Assembly (NCBI GenBank): GCA_002633005.1
Contig: NMRA01000745.1
Span: 64,158 to 128,157, forward strand
Direction: 5' to 3'
From: Phoronis australis
Taxonomy: Eukaryota > Animalia > Phoronida
Length of the DNA stretch: 64,000 bases
Numbering within the stretch: position 1 is the first letter of the stretch; the number at the start of each line of letters is the position of its first letter. Shown piece after piece: positions 25,201-38,089 of the stretch. The translations under genes and the position numbers were made by a program. Below the pieces are notes generated by a model, which saw only the letters and a program-made list of their open reading frames with translations, searched no databases and was not told where the DNA came from.

Positions 25201-28200
25201 TCATACATGTAACTTGGTCAAAGCTTTTTCATATGGATGTTCATTCTTAAGTCTAAAAGATAACAGCTGTTGCAGTTCTCTTAATTGTTGTTTCATGCTC
25301 ATTTATGCAACTCACTGTACTTTACTTGATATGAAAATTGGCCCATCATATCGCTTGAAATTACTCGGCGGGCTTTTATGGTCCATAGTGGCAGGATTTC
25401 ACCTTGCTAAAAAGTGTGCACAGCATTCAAGATTGACTAACATTGTTCAAACTTTACCCATTTTATTAAGGCTTGGCTAATATTGTTCTGTTTTGGCTAA
25501 TGTTATTCGAGTTTGGCCAATATTGTTCATTAAGCTTTTTGGTTCTACCTCATTCAACATCCCCTCCTCGAGCTCACATAACTTCTCCAAGCGTCTTAAT
25601 GTTAATGCACTCGAGTTTACTGCATGAGACACACGTACGCTCTAATGGATACGTTAATTTTCGTCACCATTTTGTAAGAATCTTTTTTCTTGTGTTCGCG
25701 AGAGGTAAGCAACTTGAATTATCTTTTTTCACCAGCAAATGAATTTCACACTTGTGCACTAACGATTTCCAAGAAACAAGATTTTCTAACCTTGAAACTG
25801 AATGTTGAAAAAGGGAGCAAGTTTTTCAAGGCTTTTAAAAGCCTGCTTTTCCTAACTGGGTCACCGTTTTTGGTTGGTATAAACTGTGGGGGCAAATAAT
25901 TTTAAACTTGGAGGAAAATATCAAATAAGGTAACGTTTGATCAAATGCGGCTTTTTTGTACATGTGTATATTGGTACCTTAAATTGAGCCTATGATGAAT
26001 TCAGTGAAAAAGCTCGCAAGTTCATCTTAGACACTAACAGTGTGTTTTCTTCTTGAAAATTTTTGTCCAGAGAAATTTGACAACTATTATTTTGTTGTGA
26101 AAACACCTTGGTGTTCTTTTTGCTCTTGATTTCTTCTCCACGCGTTATGGAGAGGCTGAGTTGTCAAGCTTTCTTCTTTCATAAGATGATGATTAAAGCC
26201 GTTGTGAATTATATTGTGATACACGAAACATCAATTTCTTCCCATAAAATTACCATCGGTGTAATAAGGGACAGGGGGATAGTTGTGATCTCTGAGAATG
26301 TAACAGTAACCGAAGGTAACCACAGCACATTGGGTGTTCCTGCATAAAGGGCCACTGTTTACAGGCCACTCTTATTTAAAGCACCTGCTTTATTTATGCA
26401 ATGGGAGATTTCCTTGGTTTGATGGCGAATCAACGACGTGGTCAGTCGACTCTGCTTCGTGTGTAACAGATAATCGGAACTGTAGTGGCCGTTTTTCTTT
26501 TGTATTTGTCAGTGAAAGACAAAGCTGACGTGCTGATGCAGCTAGAGGACCTGACCGCAGTCAAAGATGAGCTGACAGAGCAGGTAACTCAGACTCCAGT
26601 ACTCTTTTGATAATGGAAACATTCACGAGTAGGCAGTGACCAGTGGTTTGCATTGTGAATAAGAGCAATGTGGGTGTTGTTGTCTTTGGGGGCATGTTTT
26701 TGGCCCAAATTGTTGAAGTTTACTCGCCATCATTAAGATGTCGTCAGACATTGTGAGGCCCAGTGTGGAGTTATGGAGCTTGTAGACGGCATGTAGGTGG
26801 GTTGTTTTTGGATGACGTTCAGGGCATTTGAACCAGATGACCAGCAGGCCTCTGTAAGGCATGCTTTTAGCTGACCAATGTCTAATTTAGACACTTACTT
26901 CACTGCTTTGCTCAGTTGCTGTGTGCTAAGTTTTGGCCTTCTGGTCAGTAATGCATCGCAAGCTGTATTACTGTCAAAAAGATCTGTCCTTGAGGTAATG
27001 AGCTGGTTCTTTTAAGTGATTCCTTTCCCAAAGAACCGTAGTTGTTTACTCTGTCAACAGGAATGAGTAAAGACATCAATCATGTTGCAGCGCATCAAAA
27101 CTGTGTTGTGTGTGAGAACAGAACTGTGGTGCATGAGAAGTAGAATACAGCTCACGTGATCAGAATTTATAATGATTTTGTCTTCTGATCTGTCTATACG
27201 TCAAATTTCAACATGTTGACTCTGACGGAAAGAGTGAGTTATGACCTCGTGGGAAAAAAATTGATGAAAACAAATAACCGAATATATAACAACGGTCGAT
27301 CTGTACGTAATAATAACCAATGCCAGTTGAAATGTGAACGACTTCTTTACTTAAAATCTGTTGAGATGCATTGTTCAGGAGAAGCTATGCTCCGTAGACA
27401 AAGACTACTGTAACTGTGTTTTCTGACCGTGGGAGTTTTTGTCTTTGTCTTCTCATTCCTGACGACTTTCTTTGTTGTCCACCAGCTGACCGACATAACA
27501 GGCGAGCTTGAGAGAGAACGGTCTAAAGTACACGCCCTGCAGAAGGAGCTGGACAAGTTTAAGGTTGGTGTTCTCTGGGAAAATGTCTTCTTGTTCGAAA
27601 TCACTCGAGTCACAGGTCTTCATCTTGTGTTGGCTGAGATATTTATTCACCAAACCTCTCAGTCGAAAGTGGGAAACTTAATGTCCAGTAATAGAGATGA
27701 AGAACGGTTCATGGTTTTGTTATGTTAAGAGATTGAGAGCAGAAAGCTTTTAACCAACGAGGGTCCCACCTGGCTATTAAATGTGTGATTGTTCACAATA
27801 TGACCTGCTGCATCCATAGTAAAACCTAGTGAATGGTTTTCATCTCCTTCAAAACCATTCGTTTTGAAAGGTAACTTTGGCGTGTATTATATTTCTGGTA
27901 TCAGAGTTATCTGCTTGTGTTGCCAAATACTGCATTTTCAGATGAAGTCATGGAATTGTCATGTAACATCGAGCATCAAAGGCAATGCCAAGTGACCATT
28001 TCTACTTTAAATATTATTCCTTTTTTCTGCTTCCAAGTTCACTTTCTAATCGTGTAAAACGTTTCTTTGCTGAACTATTTTTGTGCGGATGTCGTCCATT
28101 TCCATGACTTGTTCTTTGGCAGTTCCTGGTGAGCTGACGCGCGGTTGAGCCACATGGTGACTGCATTCAAAACCTCTTTACCTTTGAATCTCTCTTGCAG

Positions 28201-28224
28201 GGTGGAAAACATACCAAGAACTAA
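16300..28224 (+). CDS. GKAP1: G kinase-anchoring protein 1 homologue, ~360 aa
   Basis: Ten coding exons: 16300-16482, 16647-16829, 18572-18649, 21457-21604, 22000-22151, 23632-23733, 24683-24746, 26513-26583, 27486-27563, 28201-28224 (1083 nt, in frame, all GT-AG). Motifs recognisable from vertebrate GKAP1: SRFALLKV, ELRNLAF, QWEEWKKLD, SKLEY, FFNRVEED, VKKRNKQL..LAQGEMKDKADVL, LERERSKVHALQKEL..KGGK. Confidence 0.95.
17154..17461 (+). repeat. MITE family A copy containing a ~150-bp nested insertion
   Basis: Family A 5' half at 17154-~17245 and 3' half at ~17399-17461, separated by a GCGCGCACAG...GGCGCGGCCGTG segment. Confidence 0.65.
22406..22610. repeat. Tandem repeat, ~78-bp unit x ~2.6
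   Basis: TTGTAATGTATTG recurs at ~22406, ~22485 and ~22563 with CACTGACTCCAGT subunits. Confidence 0.75.
24752..24972. repeat. Degenerate ~30-bp minisatellite with a TTGATTGG core x ~8
   Basis: Cores at ~24752, 24782, 24812, 24842, 24869, 24899, 24929 and 24963 (two are variants). Confidence 0.75.
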
Positions 28225-29111
28225 AGGCGTCCGGTCGCTAAAACAATTCAGGGTCTTGACAGTCGTTTTTATTGACATTATCAGCAACTTCGATCACATT
28301 GTTTGCCATGTTAGAGTTGACAAGCCGAAATCAAGAATCTGGTCCCAGGTTTATGAATGGATGTCAGACATTTGATGATCAGTGCCAAAAGTGGGATTAT
28401 CATCATTGGTTTTTATGTTCTGACCTGCATAAATTAGGAATTCTAGTCGAGAGTATGGAGTACACTGTGATTTGCAATAGTCTGTCTGAAAGTAGGCATA
28501 CTTTTATTATAGTAAATTTAGTGCTGGATTTGCTGAATGGCATGCTGTGTTAAACATTTGCAACAAAGGGTAATTCCTGGACGCTCATGTTCATTGTCCT
28601 TTTACCACATCTAATATTTCTGTATACCATACTCCCCCCGGTTACTGCCCACCCCTGAAATTTTCAATTTATCATTTTTAAGCGACCATGACAAGCTTAC
28701 CGCCCGTCCCCTGTTTTTTAGATTCCCAATTTAAATGCCCTGGGTTGTAACCTGACGAGTCCGGTAATCAAAAGTAAAGTCCTTTTTGATTAATGGCATG
28801 AGGTCTGAGCTCTGCTTTTACCGATCACTACTGCCTAAATGTTTATTTTGGCTTTGCATCCAGATTCTAGAGTTTTCACTTAGTGGGGTCTTCAAACTGC
28901 CTTTCTCAACTAACCACCCCACTTCATTTGGGGTAAATAGCTAAATACCTGTCCGTAGTTCGCTTTGCTGAAGTTAAGGAATACCTTTTATTGCCATCTT
29001 CTGATGTGGACTGACCGATGTATTGCCTGTTTATGTTTTGTACTTGAGCACCATGTGTTGTTACTTCAACCAAAAAGTGTACATTAACAATGGTTTCATT
29101 GTCTCATTTGT

Positions 29112-29117
29112 AATAAA
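29112..29117 (+). terminator. Candidate polyadenylation signal of GKAP1
   Basis: AATAAA ~890 bp after the stop codon, followed by a T/GT-rich tract. Confidence 0.5.
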
Positions 29118-32100
29118 CTTTCATCACATTTCTTTGGTGTTTCTCTCAGTGGTTCCGGGAGCATTGGAACATGGCCATTGAGACCCTTGGAGTGAATTGT
29201 GACTTAGTTTAAATTAGTCTTATTGGAACTGATGTTTTAAGTTAAAGCCCATGGAGTAGTAAGTGAACTCTGGGCTTCATAGACGGCATCGAGGAGGTGG
29301 GAAGGAGCGGCAATTTGGTCTTAAGCCACCATCGCAATATTTCCACGGGATAAATATGCTTTGAAATTGTTTCTTCTTTCAAAAGTACTCTTGAAGTGGT
29401 TTGGCGTTGGAAAATTTGCGTCACGTGGTTTCCGAACTTGGAAAGAACTGGCACTATGTTATGGCTTGAATCCATACTCGGCGGTTCGTCACAAAAGTAT
29501 CCAGTTTGGTTTCAACTCTGGAATACGATTTTTCAAATAATATTTGTTGTACTACTGGGGTCGCTCGAAAACTAAAAGTAAACGTTTCTGAGCCACACGT
29601 ACATGGAATTTGTAAGCACACTTTGAAGTGCGCATGTCGCTCCCCGGGGTTAGAGGTTCGGGATTTTTGCTGATTGGTGGAAGGGCATTTCCGGATGATA
29701 TATGTAGGAAATAAATGGGCGCATTTCAATGAAAATTGAAACGGAGTTGTGCGATTTCAATGCGCTGGCAACATTAAATTTCAGCTCAAATTTGGCCAAC
29801 AACCGCCAAATAGCGGCTGCTTCTGGTATGGACAAATCACAAGACCAGGGCAGAGTTCAATAACAGCACCTGGCTAGAAAAGCAAGACTTCGCAAAATTA
29901 CGTGTGCGCGAGATGTTATCTTGTATTTTCAATGAAAGCACTTGATTTTGGCCAGATTTTCGTTCCGCGAGACAGCTGCTCATAAACTCTACCGTGTTCA
30001 TCTGTTAATTTGTTCTGCCTTGTGCTCACGTGGAGTGCAACAATTTCCGCATTCAATGATGGCTTCATGTTAGTATACATGTCTCAAATGAAATGGTATC
30101 CCGTGAATGTTTACCTTCTGAAATTAAGCTTATCGTAAGAAGTCAAGTTTGGGTGATTTTTACCCAAGGGAATGTCGGGCGAGAAAAATTAGCAAGAGTG
30201 CAAGCGTTTGGTTTCGGTCCTCTGTCAGTTGTAGCGAATGGTTTGATTCTTTGAATTATGAGTTGTGATGCCGGGTTGAAAACTGTTTTTAAACAGTTTG
30301 GTTTTGTGATGGTTTAAAGTTTGAGTTGCCAACATTTTTTTTGCCAACTCTGACAATTGCAGATACCATAGTGTGGTCTCCTTGAGATCATAAACCTCGC
30401 ACATTGAAACATACAATTTGCGGTACATTCGTGGGCATTGCCGTTGTTAGCATGTTTCTTTGGTAAAATGATTCGAACTTATTTTTTCACGACGAATTCA
30501 ACTTTTAAATTGTCCGTGTAAGAATGGGGTGAAACTAGTTAAATTTGTTGCTGATTCGTATCTTTGTTTAACATACGGTTTAATAGATTTATACTGGTTT
30601 GGAACGTGTCAGTGCAAACGAATCTGCCAACCATTTCGAAGTGCACAATAAACAGAACTTGGACACATTATTATGAAATGCTAGTCGTAGTCAAAATGTC
30701 AGCAAGGAAAGGATGACGTTTTTGACCGACCATGAGCTTGTGGCTTGAAAACGTCAGCCTCGACTCATAGGCCTATTTAAGATTCCTTCCTGTCAGGAAC
30801 AAAAGATAAAAACGAACATGAAAAGAATCTTACATTGACACTCTCACTTAGGCAACTCGACCAGTTTGCTATCTTTGAAATTCTCTACTTCTTCAGTGAG
30901 ACCACCCAGCTGTAGGCGACCGCAGGCTGCTGTTATCGTCCTTGCTTGGCTAACTTTCCTATCTACAGCTTTACGATTCAGCTAGATGTGCTACAAAATG
31001 GGCCCCTACCAAGGGCCATAAGCCTGCAGACAGCGGTTGGACATTGCCAAAAGCCAGGTGTCATAGTACATGTACAGGTCTCGGTATGAAAGAAATAAAA
31101 ACATGACGTCAAGCTGTTTTAGAGTTAACGAGAACTTAATATGCCCTTCCAAAAATGTTTAAACCACCCTGTGCGACATCCGAGATCCGCAGTTTGACTA
31201 TTTACTAAGTGGTATTATCAAGATAACAGTCAAACTAGCGCGACCTCATCCATAGCGGACCATCCAGGTGTTTCGTATTTTTACCTTACAACGCGGAAGA
31301 TTGTCAAGAAAATGGAGAAAAAGTGTGAGTTAGATACTTACCATACTAACCACTCGTGCTGACTGGACTGGCATGCTGAATTAATTCGCCATCGTCCACC
31401 GTCAACGAAATTTTAGGGTTAGACATAACCTCCCATAAGCTCTTTCTGATAAGAAATTTTACAACAGGTACGCCTGGTGGATAACTAAAGTGCCGATAGT
31501 TTACCTGTGTTCGAATTCTTATAAACTATGTCTAATCCAACTTACGTGTGTAACCGTTTTGGTTAACGTGTCCCAGTCTGTCCCTAACTTTTTTTACTCG
31601 TGCAAAACCTAGAGAGCTACCGACGTATGACATGTGATGGTATTGTAAATTAAACTGAATTGGTCACAAATTCGCTCTTCCTGTCGGCAGGACGCTTTTC
31701 GAACGCTCCGGGCTGCTGCGGAGAAAAACATGTTTAGTCTCAAAAACTCCAGTAGGTGGGACACACCGATGCTATTGGTAATGGAATAAATTAAGGTGCA
31801 TATGTCATCTCATTCAATATTTGAGTAGCTTGTTTAAATCCTGCATTCCTATACTGGCACACCGTTATGACTTCAGATGAAGCCAAATAAAAATTTAGGT
31901 TACCTCTATACTCCACCTAGGGAATTTTATAACAGTAAGTGACAACTCAGTCTTTGGCAAGGTTTAATTAACGCTATTTCAATTATCGATAGCGTACATT
32001 AATAAATTCCGTAATTAGTTTATGTACGTAGCTTATATATTAATAATGAATTACTATTGTTAATCAATTCACGTCGTTATGATTAAAGCAGCTTTTTGTC

Positions 32101-35100
32101 AACAATTTTTAATTTGGGCCATTGATCGTCATGAAATTTGTCGTGTCTTTTTCTTTACTCAGTTAAGAAGTCACTCTGGGCTAATGAAGAGTTGAAAACT
32201 CGTTATTTCTTCAGACCAAACTAACAGAGTATCAGGTCACAGTATGACTCGTTGTTTTGTGAGCTTGGTATAGACAACAAATTGTCGCTTCTTTACAGGC
32301 ACCGAGACCACACTTAATTGAATTGATTAAAAACAATCAGAGATTTATCTCATAACCTTGGGGTCTATGTCGAAACTTGTTTCATGACAGAAAGCACGAT
32401 TTTATTGCTACTTTAATTTACGCGCGTAGTCGATTAATTTGCGACATTAGCAATTAATTCACACTTTTTAGTAATTAATGTACGCGTGTTGATAATTTGT
32501 TACAAGCTTTTAAAATAGTTAATTTAGGGAAATGACATTGCTCGACAAAACTTCGATCGGGGCATTCTAAGCGGCTTCACCTTTCCTTACTTTGTACTTT
32601 TTGTATAAAATCAAAAAGATGAGCCTCCAACTCAAACCCATGACCCACAACGTTCAGCCACTACGCCTGGATTACCTTCACAACATGCATGTGATATAAG
32701 TGGACAGTGAGCATGTGGCCTTTTATTCATTTCAAACACAACTGTTTTCTTATCTAAAGATTGGCAGTTCTTTAGGGTATCATTTGTCGTGGCTAATGTC
32801 AAGGTTGTTTGAAAGTGTAAGGACACTGACACGTGTTTTTCAGCGGCCGGCTCGGGAAGAATCTCGTAAACAGTTACATTAAAACTATTTTTTATTAATT
32901 AAAAAACGAAAGTAGCCAAAATTTATTTCAATTCTCGGGTAACCGTTGATGAATATTTGTTGTAACTCTGAACCGTGGTTGATAACAATTGACTTGCGAG
33001 TTGTGATGCATGACAAAACAGCACGGTAACGTTTATCAGTGGACTAGATTGATATCTAAGGGCCGAGTTCAATTACTGTCTCCTTGCCAGAAAAACGTTG
33101 CCAAACCCATGCGGTCTCATTGAAAATACACTGCAATATCTTGAGGAATCTCACGAGATATTGTCCATGCCTGGAAATTACTATGCGCGTAAACGTGTAA
33201 TAAGAAAAAAGGGCTAAAAACCTTCTCACAAGCCATTCTGTTCAGTACAGGTAAAACACCGCAGGTTGTAACTTGAATTTCTTTGATTTACGATTTTCAA
33301 AAACATTTAATTCCACTGTATGTTGCACAGGCCCCCTTCGTACAACCGTTATCGGAAGTTATCCCAAGCCGGCATACCTTAAAATCCCGGACTGGTTCAG
33401 AAAGGGAACGAACCACCTGACGGAAGTATCAAAAGAGTACAACGCAATTGTAAACGATGGAAATCACTTGGGTGAGTCTTCTAAGACCTTCTCAAGAATC
33501 AGTTCTGACGATTGTTCTTTCAAATGGCATTGCTTGTCATTTTAATCTTTCTTTTTAACGGTATGGTCTGACATCATTCCGTATTTTTTCTCAATCCCAT
33601 ACCGTAAAATTGCACACCTGGTAAGTGTAAATTCAACAATGCACTCAGCTTCTAAATTCAATGTAATTCATGGGCGGTGCACCACTTTTTTCAGTGCTAC
33701 GCCGCATATGGTCTAGGCCGTGCACCACAGGAGGGCTGAAGTGGCTTTAGCCCCCCACTTTTTTCAGTGCTGCGCCGCCCGTGTAATTATTGTACTACAT
33801 ATACCGTATTTTTTCCCATCACAAAACACTTTGAGTAAAAAATTGCCAGTTTCACGCCCTTTAGGGTTTGTATGTATTTGAGTGGTACCCTCTCGTTTAC
33901 ACGTATTCACGAGTACAGTTCGTACACCATCTTGAAAGGTGTCTAGTACTATAAAGACACCATTTTTCTCACATAACCTGGAATGTGCCAGGACACGACT
34001 GGTTAATAACACCGATTACGTAATTTAGTTGATATTATATGTGGGCGAATCACAATGTCACAAAGTAGTGGAAAGTAGAACAACACACGCGCTCAATTTC
34101 ATCGTTTGCAAAACACTGTACCAACAGCCAAAACACAAGCCAACGTCAATCAAACAATGCCGAAAATCTGTGAAGGTGACAAGTTTATGATAGGTGTCGC
34201 AAGCGAACGTACTCACAGTCGATAGGACATGCAAACAACTCATTCTTAAACAGAGCCTCCTTCGGCGGCGAATTCACTATCAATGTTCATTGAAACGGAG
34301 ACGTACCTCAACTCAAGAAATGCTTTAAACCTGTCCAGCTGTGCTATCTCAAAGTCAGTCCAACGCTCACTCATGAGGAATCCCTGCTGATTGTGTTATT
34401 TGTAAATAATTACAAAGACTATTTATTATAGTCTTACTTGCACATTTGCAACGAAAGCTAAAAGTAATTTGTAGTGTTAAGTAAAAAATAAAACTATTAA
34501 CAAAAACTAATCGAATTACTTTGCATTGCGTAAGCATGTTTTTACAAAAGTTGCGTAATGTGGTTGAAAGTTTTAGACACCTCAGGTTTTCCTGCAAAAA
34601 GATCGTTTTACGATTCATGTGCGAAAACAAGTCCTACACTGGTCTCAGGTTTATGACATGGGTTAATCCTCTCGGAAATTTCGTCAAAATCCCTCGGCAA
34701 GTTTTTGACGAACGTTCCAAGAGGTTTTGCCCATTTTATAAATTGAGACGAGTTAAGGATTCACCATCCACGTTCGTTTCCCATGCACATGTAAGTGAAC
34801 TGGAAAGTACTAACATTCTCTGACGACATTGGTATTAATCCTGGTAATTTGCAATGTCAGTCAAGTTTTCACAGCGTTCTCTCTTGGGCCACTGGTATCT
34901 TGCCCAAACATTTATGTGAACTGTGCCAAGTTCTAAACTAGATTATCACAGCTTTAGGCATGATGGCTATCACTCAATTTAAATACATTGCATGTGTTTA
35001 AATTAAAATCACAATGCCGAATACACCATTGAGTAAATATGGAACTTAAGAAATGTCGCAACGTTTAGAGGCCTGGAATTCAATAAACAGCTCGAAAAAC

Positions 35101-35883
35101 ACAAAGACATCAGAAGTAGATTTAGATGGTGTCAATTCAGTTTACTCAAACCTAAAAATGGTTTAAGTAACTAAAACTACCAGGGCAAGGTTGGTTAGTG
35201 TCAAAAATACTATTGGGTGTGCGATATGACCGGATGGAGCAAAATAGAGAAACAATTGCCGTATACAAACTTTTTGTAAAATCTACTTTTCTTTCACAGA
35301 GGATCTAAAAAGAGCGATCCAACAATGTCTCACTGAACAGGCTGAGTTAGGTATCGACGTAGTGACAGACGGAGAATTGGGGCGCGAGAACTACGTGTTC
35401 GACTTCTGGTAAGTTCATCCCCTCACATGTCTCCAGTGAACTCACCCAGTGATGTTCCAAGAACATGGCTGAGACGACGATGCTACAATATTGATACCTG
35501 TAGATACATGTACAATGTCACTAACAGTAGTTATACATATGATAAGGGTTGTGAGAGGAACACTAAATTATGTTATAGAATTAATGCCTAGGATGCTCGC
35601 ATTTACAGTCCTGCGCCTACATGAGCCTTTCGACATAGAACAAGACTAACTGGAATGCTAATTTCAATTTCACGTGGCAGAGGTTGAGCTGTACACATGT
35701 GGGTAGTTGTTTACATTTATCGTAAACTATTTTGCCCGGGGTACGCCGCGAGCTAAGTTGCAGAGTAAAACAAGAGGACGATTGCGAATACTGTAATTTA
35801 TTAGGACGTAAAAAGGTAAAACTAACTAATACAGTCCTGCGCTTTCGTGGGCCTTTCGACATAGAACGAGACTAACTGGAATT

Positions 35884-36709
35884 TTGATTTCAATTTCACG
35901 TGGCCGAGGTTGAGCTGTGCACATGTGGGCAGTTGTTTACATTCCCTTGTTCCGCTGTTGTTTTCTTGCTTTAAAAAACAAAGTCACATTGAACTCTTTG
36001 GAAGGAACTGTTATTTCATTGTATTTATTTTTCTGTCGCTATTGTCGCGTACGTCTTGGCTAATTAGAAACGCACACAAAACTAATTACATCAATACGAC
36101 CTCTCAAACTTCGAACTAAAATAAATAAGATTACCCTGGACATTTTCACTGTAATTGCTTAACGAAAATTGGGCAAGGGCTTGCCTCTGTCAGTTGTCTA
36201 GCTTGAATGGCAGCTGGCCGGCACAAAGGATGGCGTTACACAATGCCCAACGCTCCCTAACATTCACCACTCCGACCCTACTCCGTTACGCTACANGTTG
36301 ATTTCAATTTCACGTGGCCGAGGTTGAGCTGTGCACATGTGGGTAGTTGTTTACATTCCCTTGTTCCGCTGTTGTTTTCTTGCTTTACAAAACAAAGTCA
36401 CATTGAACTCTTTGGAAGGAACTGTTATTTCATTGTATTTATTTTTCTGTCGCTATTGTCGCGTACGTCTTGGCTAATTAGAAACGCACACAAAACTAAT
36501 TACATCAATACGACCTCTCAAACTTCGAACTAAAATAAATAAGATTACCCTGGACATTTTCACTGTAATTGCTTAACGAAAATTGGGCAAGGGCTTGCCT
36601 CTGTCAGTTGTCTAGCTTGAATGGCAGCTGGCCGGCACAAAGGATGGCGTTACACAATGCCCAACGCTCCCTAACATTCACCACTCCGACCCTACTCCGT
36701 TACGCTACA
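35884..36709. repeat. Near-identical 414-bp tandem duplication joined at a single N
   Basis: 35884-36295 versus 36298-36709, two substitutions seen, N at 36296. An older partial copy lies at ~35606-35716. Confidence 0.9.
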
Positions 36710-37510
36710 TGTATGCCAACTTGACTGCGCTAGCTACGCCAACGCTGCTGTCGCTCTCCATTTCCTCCCAACTAAATAGTCCTCGAGGTACGCTGCTACT
36801 TAAGATATATCTTGTCTTTCTTGTCTCGTTTTTGTCACCTGGACGATACTGTGTGTCAGTGGCGACGATGTGAGTGAATACCTACACATATTGTCGCTCC
36901 CAAAATGAGTTAAAGTGGTTCTTGGTTCTTAGGTGGGATGACTCAATTGGAGGTCCAATGAATTATAAGAGAGTCAAGAACGTGAGCAGGTAGAACTTAG
37001 GAAAGATTTGGTATTTTTTATAATACCTTCGCCACATGCCAGGATTGTTATTTTTCATTTTATTTTAATTTGATTTTCCAAAGAGAAACATTGGAAATAT
37101 GACAAGAAACATGTTTCACTCCCTTCAATGCCAATAGCCTTCAACTAGACCTCTTGGACGACAATACATGTTTGTATCGTGTGCGTTAATGTGTGCCGTG
37201 AGCGCATAAAAAGCACACATATTGGTTCCTTTTTTCTTTCTTCTCTACCCCCTGTTTCTTTCTTTTTTCTTCTTCTTTCCTTTTCTTTCGTTTTTCTTGT
37301 TTCTCTCTTTTGTCGCTCCTGATAGGATCCTTCATCACAATAATTCTCTGTTACTTACTTTTGATTTGATTCCATGTTGAAGACCGCTGGGTAACGTCAA
37401 CACATTTATAATCCCGACCACTATCAGCAAATACTTAGAGCCAATTCGTCGTCCTCCGAGTCAGCTTCTAATCGTCTCAGATGTATAGTACAAGGTATGA
37501 CACTCGTCAC

Positions 37511-38089
37511 GACTAGGAATTCCACGGGTGTCACTTCAGCCGTCCCTATCAAACACATAAAAATGCGTTAACTTAAAAAAATGCGAAAGACAGGGATCTA
37601 ACAAATCAAGAGCAATTGTTCTTTCTTCTGATAACATTTACGGTGTCCTGCTCCAGCGAGTTCGCTACAAACTCGCGGTCAAGGTACAAAAATCTTCCCA
37701 AAAAGCCGCTGGGTACTGTCAAGGTCTCAAACGGAAATTACCGATTTGTCACGGAAAGTCACAGCATCAACAAAGATACTATAAAATCTTTGACATCAAT
37801 AACTCCACACTTATTCGTAACCTTCCGTGATAAACTGGCATTTGCCGTCCATCCGTAAATCACCGGATAATTTCGTACTGGCACATTGACAGTACGTTGC
37901 GGCCTTTGGGGAAGAATTTTGTGCTTTGACCGAGAATTTGATGCGAATTCGCTGGAGCAGGACATTGTAAATGCTATCAGAAGAAGGAACAATTGCTTAT
38001 GGTTTGCTGAAACCCTGTTTCGTGAGAATTTATTGAGTTCTGTGTTTGATATAGACGACTGAAGGGAAGCACCCGTGGAATTCCTAGTC
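37511..38089. mobile_element. Foldback MITE-like element with ~240-bp imperfect inverted arms
   Basis: GACTAGGAATTCCACGGGTG (37511) is the reverse complement of CACCCGTGGAATTCCTAGTC (ending 38089). Internal blocks such as GCAATTGTTC.TTCTTCTGATA.CATTTAC and TGTCCTGCTCCAGCGA.TTCGC are also mirrored. No clear TSD. Confidence 0.8.

Noticed and set aside
29240-29880. Kolobok-like element with TTAA and weak TIRs
   Set aside because: Only a short GAACTCTG match is mirrored and there is no right-hand TTAA.
31960-32520. AT-rich inverted repeat
   Set aside because: The arms are too degenerate and low-complexity to define ends.
32620-32670. tRNA or tRNA-derived SINE head on the minus strand
   Set aside because: Only loose A/B-box resemblance, no cloverleaf and no second copy.
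33168-33250. Alternative first coding exon for the MetE-like gene using the donor at 33251
   Set aside because: The frame joining the next exon has a TAA at 33190 with no ATG after it, and nearby ATG frames terminate. It could only be a UTR exon.
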